This document shows, piece by piece, positions 46,633 through 64,000 of a stretch of 64,000 nt of DNA. Within the stretch, counting starts at the first letter, position 1. Every line of letters begins with the position of its first letter. The notes beneath the pieces are model-generated. The model had not been told where the DNA came from, did not search any database, and saw only the letters and a list, made by a program, of their open reading frames with translations. The position numbers and the translations under genes were made by a program. The stretch is from the human T2T-CHM13v2.0 reference genome, Homo sapiens: NCBI RefSeq assembly GCF_009914755.1, contig NC_060941.1; one strand, 5' to 3'.

Positions 46633-47206
46633 TGAGTAGGTGGGATTACAGGCACCCACTACTACGCCCAGCTAATTTTTGTATTTTTAGTATACATGGG
46701 GTTTTACCATGTCTGCCAGGATGGTCTCGATCTCTTGACCTCGTGATCCACCCGCCTCGGCCTCCCAAAGTGCTGGGATTACAGGTGTGAGCCACTGCAC
46801 CTGGCCTCTTTATTTTTTTAAAAGAGACAAGGTCTTGCTCTGTCACTCAGGCTGGAGTGCAGTGGCATGATCATAGCTCACTGTAGCCTTGAACTCTTGG
46901 GCTCAAGTAGTCCTCCCACACCTTAGCCTACCAAGTAGCTAGGACTATAGGCGCCTGCCACCATGCCCAGCTATTTAAGAAAAAACTTTTTTGCACAGAT
47001 AGAGTTTCACCGTGTTGCCCAGGCTGGTCTAGAATTCCTGGCCTCAGGTGATCCTCCCACCTGAGGATTACAGGTGTGATCTACTGCACCTGGCCAAATT
47101 TCACCTTATTTTGACTTGAGTTTTTTGAGCGGATTGGCAGGGAGCAATTAAGTAATAGGCTAACAGGACCTAATAGTAATAGTGTGTTAAAAATTATTTT
47201 TTTCAG

Positions 47207-47311
<105 letters not shown>

Positions 47312-47877
47312 TAAGGACTTGCTTGCCAGCTTATGACATACGCATCTTTGTACTTACCAATTTAAGATATTTCCTGCGGTATAACTTTCTCATCGACATT
47401 TATTTTTTGGGTATTCTATTCCCTAATGTTTGTATTACTGAGGATATCCTAATAGATATATTCATAATGAGGTTAGGATAGTACTGCTACTGGACAAGTA
47501 TTTTAGAACTCCCCAATAGATCATCTGAGTCCAATGAGACTGCAGGCCCTGTGTTTTCTCCATCTCTCCTTCAGCATGTTATTGCTTCTGCTTTACATTG
47601 TCAGGAACAGTTTTGAGATTTAAACGATATATGACGAACTGAATACTGGTTCTCTTTGCTTCCATTTGTTATGCCTTTTTTCCTTGTTAAATGAATGTGT
47701 ATGCATGCATGTGTGTATACACATGTACATATCATGATGGTCCTCAGAATGTTTCAGTACAGAAGGTATAATGCTTCTGCTACATTTGTAACTCACAGGT
47801 CAAGTCAAATTGATTTCTTTTTCTTTTCTTTTTTTTTGGAGACAGGGTCTCCCTCTGTCACCCAGGCTGGAGTGTAG

Positions 47878-48030
<153 letters not shown>

Positions 48031-48398
48031 TAGGCTGATCTCGAACTCCTGAGCTCAAGTAGTCTGCCTGCCCCGGCCTCCCAAAGTGCTGGGATTACAG
48101 GTGTGAGCCACCGCACCCAGCCAGTGATTTATTTCTGATATTATATTTACTATAAGAATTCTTTTCTAAATATGAAAATTAGTTTTATATAAATGTAGGA
48201 TAAACACTGTAGCTCTCTACTGAAATGTTTTAAGGATCATTGTAATTCTGCTTTCCCTAATCTTAAATCCAACCAAAATTAAATTATGTTTTCAATAATT
48301 CCCATTAATTATTATTTAGCATTACATGTGTGTACTTGTAGACTTATTTTCATTCTGTTATCTTTTAAACCTATAGATGGGTGGTTTCTTTAGCATGG

Positions 48399-49782
48399 TT
48401 TTTTTTTTTTTTTTAGTATTTATTGATCATTCTTGGGTGTTTTTTGGAGAGGGGGATTTGGCAGGGTCATAGGACAATAGTGGAGGGAAGGTCAGCAGAT
48501 AAACAAGTGAACAAGGGTCTCTGGTTTTCCTAGGCAGAGGACCCTGCGGCCTTCCGCAGTGTTTGTGTCCCTGGGTACTTGAGATTAGGGAGTGGTGATG
48601 ACTCTTAACGAGCATGCTGCCTTCAAGTATCTGTTTAACAAAGCACATCTTGCACTGCCCTTAATCCATTTAACCCTTAGTGGACACAGCACATGTTTCA
48701 GAGAGCGCAGGGTTGGGGGTAAGGTTATAGATTAACAGCATCCCAAGGCAGAAGAATTTTTCTTAGTACAGAACAAAATGGAGTCTCCTATGTCTACTTC
48801 TTTCTACACAGACACAGTAACAATCTGATTTCTCTTTCTTTTCCCCACATTTCCCCCTTTTCTATTTGACAAAACCGCCATCCTCATCATGGCCCGTTCT
48901 CAATGGGCTGTTGGGTACACCTCCCAGACGGGGTGGCAGCCGGGCAGAGGGGCTCCTCACTTCCCAGACGGGGCGGCCGGGCAGAGGCACCCCCCACCTC
49001 TCAGATGGGGTGGCTGGCCGGGCGGGGGCTGCCCCCCACCTCCCGGACGGGGCGGCTGCTGGGCGGAGACGCCCCTCACTTCCCAGACTGGGCGGCTGCC
49101 GGGCGAAGGGTCTCCTCACTTCCCAGACGGGGCGGCTGCCGGGCGGAGGGGCTCCTCACTTCTCAGATGGGGCGGCTGGGCAGAGACGCTCCTCACCTCC
49201 CAGATGGGGCGGCGGGGAAGAGGCGCTCCCCACATCTCAGACGATGGGTGGCCGGGAAGAGGCGCTCCTCACTTCCCAGACTGGGCGGCCGGGCAGAGGG
49301 GCTCCTCGCATCCCAGACGATGGGCGGCCAGGCAGAGACGCTCCTCACTTCCCAGACGGGGTGGCCGCCGGGCAGAGGCTGCAATCTCGGCACTTTGGGA
49401 GGCCAAAGCAGGCGGCTGGGAGGTGGAGGTTGTAGCGAGCCGAGATCACCCCACTGCACTCCAGCCTGGGCAACATTGAGCACTGAGTGAGCGAGACTCC
49501 GTCTGCAATCCCGGCACCTCCGGAGGCCAAGGCTGGCAGATCACTCGCGGTTAGGAGCTGGAGACCAGCCAGGCCAACACAGCGAAACCCCGTCTCCACC
49601 AAAAAAATACGAAAACCAGTCAGGCGTGGCGGCGCGCACTTGCAATCCCAGGCACTCAGCAGGCTGAGGCAGGAGAATCAGGCAGGGAGGTTGCAGTGAG
49701 CCAAGATGGCGGCAGTACAGTCCAGCTTCGGCTCGGCATCAGAGGGAGACCGTGGAGAGGGAGGGAGAGGGAGAGGGAGAGC
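48399..49782 (-). mobile_element. Full-length SVA retrotransposon, probably an old subfamily (SVA_A/B-like)
   Basis: Poly(T), SINE-R, short GC-rich VNTR, Alu-like region and (GGGAGA)n hexamer; degenerate TSD TAGCATGG / TAGCGTGG. Confidence 0.93.
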
Positions 49783-50226
49783 TAGCGTGGATTTTTAAAA
49801 ATAATCTCTTGCACATCATACTTAGGACTTGATAGTTTTTGTGGAATTTGTGTTATTTACTTATAACTAGAGTTTGAATGTTTATTGGGAAAACTTAATC
49901 ATGATCATCTGCTGGTGGCATCTAAGTACTATAATTATATGTATAGGTCAAATAAGTAGTTTAATTAATTAATTTCTTAGGGACAGGGTCTCTCTCTGTC
50001 ACCCAGGCTCAATGGAGTGCAGTGGTGTGATCATGGCTCACTGCAGCCTCAAACTCCTAGGTACAAGTGATCTTCTTGCCTCAGCCTCCTAAAGAGCTAG
50101 GACTATAGGCACATGCTTCTATGCCTATTAAATTTTTTTTTGGCCAGACACGGTGGCTCATGCCTGTAATCCTAGCACTTTGGGAGGCCGAGGCGGGCAG
50201 ATCACGAGGTCAAGAGATTGAGACTA

Positions 50227-50508
<282 letters not shown>

Positions 50509-51179
50509 TCAAAGAGAAGGAAGACTAAGAGTCTTCCTTCTTGAATAGTTCTTGAACTTCCAAGAGATTCTTGACATGCCAATCGTAAGTTTATTTTGTT
50601 CCCCCATCCTAGCTATAAGGCTGTTTGGAATGGTTCTTTTTCTTGGTATCTCCAGCAAGTGCCTGGCCCAGAATCATACAAGATGAGGGAATAAATTATG
50701 ACCATCCCAATGTCTTTAACATAAAATAACAAAGGTAGGTGAAGGGAACTGGAAGGAAGGAGACAAATGTGAATTTTAAGATTTTTATGGAGCAGAGATG
50801 CTACCCTGTCCCATCAAGCTTTGAGGCCCTGGCAAGACAGGATGCCTGAGCCTGCAAAGCAGAAGCTAGACCTTGGGCAGGAGTGAACTCAACATGGTCA
50901 GTGCCACTCTGTGGAGCCCTGTGGGGTGCCCAGCCTGCATCCCCAGCAGACGTCACTCTGCCTCCAGCTCGAGGCAGGGGCTGCAGAGCTTTCCTCTTCA
51001 ACCTTCAGCTTGAGTTGGCAGGTGCACAGTCAAAACCTTCAGGGTCCTAGAGCATTCATTTTCAGGAAGTAAATCTTCAGGATGTACTGAAGCATCTTCA
51101 GAATAGCAAATATGAAGAGGCTGACCCACACTGACAGTTCTGTGATTTACATGATCATATTCAAGAAACAGAGCGAGGC

Positions 51180-54120
<2,941 letters not shown>

Positions 54121-54455
54121 GTAGGCCAGGCACAGTGGCTCACGGCTGTAATCCCAGCACTTCCGGAGGCTGAGCCAGGTGGATCACGGGGTCAGGAGTT
54201 CGAGACCAGCCTGACCAACATGGTGAAACCCCGTCTACTAAAAATACAAAAATTAGCCGGACGAGGTGGCATATACCTATAATCCCATCTACTCAGGAGG
54301 GTGAGGCAGGAGAATCACTTGAACCCTTGAACCTGCAGCCAAGATCGTGCCACTGCACTCCAGCCTGGGTGAAAGAGCAAGACTCTGTCTCAAAAAAAAA
54401 AAAAAAAAAGTATACTGACAAACCTTGGGAGGCTGAGGCAGGAGAATTGCTTGAA

Positions 54456-55680
<1,225 letters not shown>

Positions 55681-55729
55681 TTGAGGATCCTTCTTTATCT
55701 TTTTCTGATGCCCTTCTATGAGAATGAAT
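55681..55729 (-). pseudogene. LRRC37 juxtamembrane exon remnant
   Basis: IHSHRRASEKDKEGSS, similar to LRRC37A ICCHRRSLQEDEEGFS; acceptor reads AT instead of AG; donor replaced by the LTR. Confidence 0.75.
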
Positions 55730-55883
55730 ATGTTTTGGAAGAAAATGCAATTAAGATTATCCATCACAACAACCACTATCTCCAAATCTGTATTCATTGC
55801 TTCTATTCATTATTCATTATAAGTCTCATCTACCTGATGAAATAACTTTTTTGAAGATAGGAATTGTATGCTGTTTAACAGTG

Positions 55884-56468
55884 CTTTGATTCTTCCACAG
55901 TTCAGTCATCCTTGATATCTTGCAGGGGATTGGTTCTAGGATACCGCTGCCACGCCATACCAGAATCTGTGGATGCTCAGTCCCTTACATATAATGGTGC
56001 AGTATTTGCGTATAACCAACACACATCCCCCCATATACTTTATTGACTTAGAGACAAGATCACCCTCTGTTGCTCAGCCGGAGTGCAGTGTCACAATCAC
56101 AGCTCACTGCAGCCTCAACCTCCTGGGTTCCAGTGATCCGCCCACCTCAGCCTCTTGAGTAGCTGGGACTACAGGTGCATACCACCACACCTGGCTAATT
56201 TTAAAAAAATTTTTATTTTTAGTAAAGACAAGTTCTCACTATACTGCCCAGGTTGGCCTCCCAAAGTATTGGGATTACAAGGGTGAGCCACGGTACCTGG
56301 CCCCATGTACTTTAAGTCATCACTAATAAAATGTATAGATATTGTACAATGGTGACAGTTGTTATGCTGTCTTTTCTATTTGTATTTTTATTGTTTCTTT
56401 TTTCAAATATTCAGCCTCATCTAGTTGAATCTGAAGATGTGGACCTGATGATGAAGAGGGCTGACTGT
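55884..56468. mobile_element. MER2 DNA transposon interrupted by AluJ
   Basis: CAGTCATCCTT...GGGGATTGGTTCTAGGA...GGATGCTCAGTCCCTTA and terminal GGGCTGACTG followed by TA. Confidence 0.65.
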
Positions 56469-58403
56469 ATCTAACTTAGGGTCTTGCATGCAGCTGGCAC
56501 TTAATACATTTTATTGACTATTTTAGCTAACATTCAACAGACAATTCCTAATAAAAAACTCTTAAAAGTAGGAAAAAAAGTCCTTCCTCTAAAGTGGCAG
56601 GAAAATCAGCCTAGGCAACATAGCGAGACCTTGTCTCTACAAAAAAAAATTTTTTTAATTAGCTGCCTGCTTGTAGTCCCAGCCACTCAGGAAGCTGAGG
56701 CAGGAGGATCCCTTAAGCCCAGGAGCTTGAGGTTACAATGAGCTAGATCACACCATTGCTCTCCAGCCTGGGTGACAACAAGGCCCTGAGAAAGAAGAAA
56801 AAAAAAGAAAAAGGAAAGGAAGGAAAGAATATAAGTATTGAAAAGGAAGAGACAAAACTATGATTATTTGCATATGAAATGATAAATGTGAGACAGCCAA
56901 GGAAGCCTAAGAGAATCAACTAAGTTTGTCTTACTGGAAGTAATATGAGAATTCAATACAGTGGCTATATAAAAATCAAGACAGCAGCACACAGACCTCA
57001 ACTACTTTTCCCATGTACCACCAATAACTAATTAGAAAATGGAAGGAATATCCCATTTACAATAGCAATACAAATGTATGGAGTATTTAGGAACAAAAAT
57101 GCAAAGATCTTTTATCTAACAAAAAATACATAAAATCTATATGATGAAAACCCTAAAACTCTTCTGAAAGACATTAAAAAGAAATGAGTACATGAGGCAG
57201 CACATTCCTAGAATGTTGTACAGATGTCAATTCTCAAATTAGTCTACAAATTTAATATAATCCTATTCAAATCCTCAGATAGTTTTTGGTGGTGGCTGTT
57301 TTTGAGACAGGGCCTCGCTCTGTTGCCCAGGCTAGAGTGCAGTGGTATGACTACAGATCACTGCATCCTCGACCTCCCAGGCTCAAGCAATCCTCCCACT
57401 TCAGCCTCTGAAGTCTCTCATATGGTGTCCGAGAAATGGGGACAAATCTCACAAAGGGACTAGGCTCAGGAGGGCTGGAATATTCAGGGAAGGTTTCAAG
57501 CAGAAAGATGAACTTGAGTTGGCTTTTGAGAGATTCATAGGATTCCCACAGGCAGAGTGAAATAAGGGAATTTTAGATGAACAAACGCACAGACAAAAGC
57601 AGAAATGCAGATGGTGTGACTGGGGGATGGTGAGGGGCTGCTCTGGCTGGAATGGAGGGCTGGCTGCCACAATAGTGGAAATGGTAAATGAGGCAAATAA
57701 GGTTGGATTGGTAGGATAGCATCAAGGTTGCCAGCTTATTAAATCACTCTTCCAATATGCTAGCACGGGCCTATTGGGAAAAGTAATGCATCATGTAATC
57801 AAACAAAAGGCAAACAGAGGCAAGCTCCAGGAATGGGCACTGTAAACAGGACTCACCCTAGAGTGGCCAGATGTAGACTTTAGATATGTTAATGCAGGTT
57901 GAGCATCTCTAATCCGAGGGGGAATGTCTCATATGGTGTCCAAGAAATGGACACATCTCACAGAGGGCCTAGACTCAGGAGGGCTACAGTATGAGACATT
58001 TCCCCTCCCTTGTGAACTTAAAAATGTGGCCAACAATTTTTTTAAAAGATGGTTACCCTGCAGTGCTTTAACTGGACCTATTTAGACAACGCCTTACACA
58101 CTGGAGAAGGATGATACTTTGTGACTCTAATAAATCTACCAGACAATACTTCTCTCTTTTGGCTGTCTCCTTCCTCTCCAGGGTGATGACAACTCCGTGA
58201 GGGTGGAGATTATACATCTCTCATCATTTCAGCAACAAGGAAATAAATTAGTGGCAGAGTAAGGGTGACTTGGTGAGTACATCCAATTGTTGACATAGTT
58301 TTGGGTGGGAGAAATTTTGCTATTATATCAACTTCTTAAAATGGTCTAGTGGGATTAACTTTGTTTCAATTCACAGAGATCTCTTGGAAGCGAGGATCCT
58401 TTA

Positions 58404-58676
<273 letters not shown>

Positions 58677-58941
58677 CTAAAAAAAAAAAAAAAGAAAAAA
58701 GGAAAGAACAATTAAAAAAAGAGTGAAAGCTAACTTTTCAAAACCCCAGTATTCTAGTTGAGTAGCTTACAGGTTCTTTTTTTTTTTTTTTTGAGACAGG
58801 GTCTCACTCTGTCACCCAGGCTGGAGTACAGTGGTGTGATCACAGTTCACTGCAGACTCGACCTCCCTGGGCTCAGGTGATCCTCCCACCTCAGCCTCTA
58901 GAGTAGCTGGAATTATAGGCACAAGTCACCACACCCAACTA

Positions 58942-59049
<108 letters not shown>

Positions 59050-59172
59050 TTACAGGCGTGAGCTACCATGCCCAGCCTACAGTTCATCCTGTGCACTAAT
59101 CTGTTTCACTCTCTAAATGAACAAAGTGGGAGATCACTGTCATGGCCAAAGTTACATGGCCAAGACAAACTA

Positions 59173-61176
<2,004 letters not shown>

Positions 61177-62906
61177 TTAGAGTGCCATTCAGAGAGGAGA
61201 AACACACACCCAAGCCTAAATCTATGAAATGGCAACAACAAAAGGAGGAAAAGACATCTTTTGAAAATATGGCTACTTACTTGGAACATTCCTAGTGTGA
61301 CATAGAGTAACTCTGCTTAGGATTATTTCGTTGATCCCCAGGGGCCAATTGCCCAGTGCTCAGTCAAAGCCCAAGGTGGAAGACAAGTGCTTCCCTGATG
61401 AGCTGTCCTCTCTGCAGACTGCTCCGTACCCTGTGCTGTCCTGCCTCAGATGCAGAGAGAGCACAAGCCTCCCTCCTCATCCTCAGTGTGCCTGTGTTCT
61501 TACTACCATCACAGCTGAATGCAATGAAAGGCTATCCTCTGAGAGGAGCAGGGTGGAGATGCTAAAGTGGAGGCCCCCTCCCATTGCTGATAGATCCTCA
61601 TCTGGCATGCACTCCACCCACCCACCCCATTCTCTGCTACCACATATCGTAGCCCCATTAAAGAAGAAGTGACATGGAAAAAACACTGTGCCCACCCTAG
61701 TCCTTTTCTTAAATTTGGGCAGAGATCCAGGGTATAGGTTAAGAGATTTTTAATTTGCCAGATGGTATGCCTATGTTGTTAAATATACAATGAATCTATG
61801 GTATGATAGCAGTTTCTGGATAAACATTACTTGAGGTCCTAAAATGCAGAAGGGAAAAAGCAGCTTTTGTCAGATGCTTACTTTGCTTTCATTTCATCTC
61901 TAATATTTTGGATGGGGAACCATCCAAAGCTTCTGGCCGCATGAAGGTCAAGTGTGCCAGTGTGCAGCTGGGTTTCTTTTCCAGAATTAAAAGTATTTTG
62001 GGTGGTGCTGAGGGTCAGAGGAAGAAGTAAAAATTGTGAGAAAGGAGAAACATGGGCTTGGGGAGAACCCAGAATTGGGGACAGAAGACCTGGCACTAAG
62101 CTATAGCACTTAGCACCTCTGATCTTGTTTTTCCTCGTCCGTAAAAGGAGATTAACAGTGCTTTTCTGCCCACCTCTTGGGGAGAAGGGAATAATTTAGT
62201 TGGTAAAAAAAAAACTTTTGAATAATAAGCAACTCTGTCTTTATATAAGTAGCCAAGCATTATTAATTATCCACCCCATATCACTGGTAGATACCTGTAT
62301 TCAAGCTATGTGGACATAAAAGCAGTCACATTTTAGAAGTCATGAAGTTGGTGCTAATAAACCTAATCTACAGAAAAACTCTTGAAAGCACTTGAGCATT
62401 TGTTCTGTGAATAGAAAGGTTTGAGATTCAGAGCAAGTTCAGAGTTGGATGGTCTAAGAATGGAAAAGCCCTCCATTCCATTAGAAGAGCCAGGGAGCAA
62501 TTTCTGGTTATGGAACCAGAAGCTCTCAGGCTTCAAATAAAACAGCATCACTTGTACTCTTATAAAATTGTAAAAACAAAAACAAAACTGGATCTACATT
62601 TGTCCTAAAAGGCAGAGAGTACTTGAGACCTCATGCATATAAAACCAGCTTACAAACTACATCGCACTATATGAAGAAATTATCACTGGGGGCAAATCAC
62701 CAAGTAGGGAGCACAATACACAGGGTGTGGATGTTAATGTCATTCCCTAGCCTTCTCATTCCCTTCTCTTGGTCCTTTATGCATATGGAACAGTTCCATT
62801 ATTAAATTTTGTAATAATAACTGAGAACCTGACTCCCAGCAAGGGAGTAGTTCAGAAGTTGAGGGAGTTTAAATCTGAATGAGTAAATAAAGCAATTATA
62901 TCATTA

Positions 62907-63188
<282 letters not shown>

Positions 63189-64000
63189 CTACCACAGGGC
63201 TGGGCAGAAAGGTGTTACTGAGGCCTGTGGACTGGACAGTTGGGTAGGAACCAGAAGGGCAATGGGAAGGAGGACAAAGGTGCCCAACTGAAGGGTAAGC
63301 ATGGCAGTGAGTATGGTATGCCTAGAATAAAAGTGGTTGGGATTAGAATTGGGTGACACTGATCAGTAGTTTAATTCAGAAGTATCTCTTCCCAACTCAA
63401 AAGTCTCACTTTGGGCTGAAAGTACACAGGAAGAAAGTAGACTTCTAAGAAGAGTCTGAATAAGCCCCCAACTTCTGGAGTCCCTTTCTCAATCTCTGTT
63501 GGCAGTGGGAAATATTAGAAATTACTCTGGGCATTAAAAATAGCTCAGTTTAACCTGGATTGTGGGGTTAAAAAAATAACAGATTGCATTGGCCAAATCT
63601 CGACAATTTGAGCATTCAAAAGAGTAACAATAAGCTACAACATAATTAATATATAAAAAAGAATCCATGAAGAATGATATTTAAAAAGAGAGGGAGTTGT
63701 TCTTTAATGAAATAATGCCAGCTAATGAATGTAGAAGGAATGACAGAATTTTAAAAAGTGTTACTTTGCAACCACCAATGTAATAAAAATTGATTCAGAC
63801 AAGGATTGTCATTGATGGACACAGCTGGGTGAGAAGACATTTGAGAACAGGATCTTTACTGATCTCAAAGTACCACCACACAGATATTTTATTAATTACC
63901 AAAGGGAAAAATTATTTTTTATTTTTTTATGAGACAAAGTCTCACTCTGTCACCCAGGCTGAAATACAGTGGCAAAATCGTAGCTCACTACAGCCTCGAC

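Noticed and set aside
48866-49490. Three overlapping ~190-aa repetitive ORFs
   Set aside because: Open frames of the GC-rich SVA VNTR

Overview
Human/great-ape genomic DNA, very rich in Alu and LTR elements, with no intact protein-coding gene. The content matches my recollection of the chromosome 17q24.2 segmental-duplication mosaic (FBXO36P1 - LINC00674 - LRRC37A16P); this assignment is from memory and was not searched. Left to right: (1) a repeat-dense region with a ~2.7 kb AT-only array, which the target-site duplication shows is the hugely expanded tail of one AluY; (2) two solo LTR12 (ERV9) elements, both flanked by ATAG; (3) a processed FBXO36 pseudogene with a non-canonical 5' segment and an in-frame 219-nt extra exon; (4) a CpG-island promoter with a duplicated SMURF2 exon 1, followed 12.5 kb later by a lone SMURF2 HECT exon; (5) a full-length, old SVA; (6) the 3' half of an LRRC37A-family unprocessed pseudogene on the minus strand, cut by an LTR7-type element and keeping ~260 nt that I recall being absent from LRRC37A. 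Most ORFs in the supplied track are Alu, LTR or SVA artefacts. I see no evidence of a wholly new biological system. The most interesting signals are rearrangement scars, fossil splice isoforms and a possible chimeric micropeptide.
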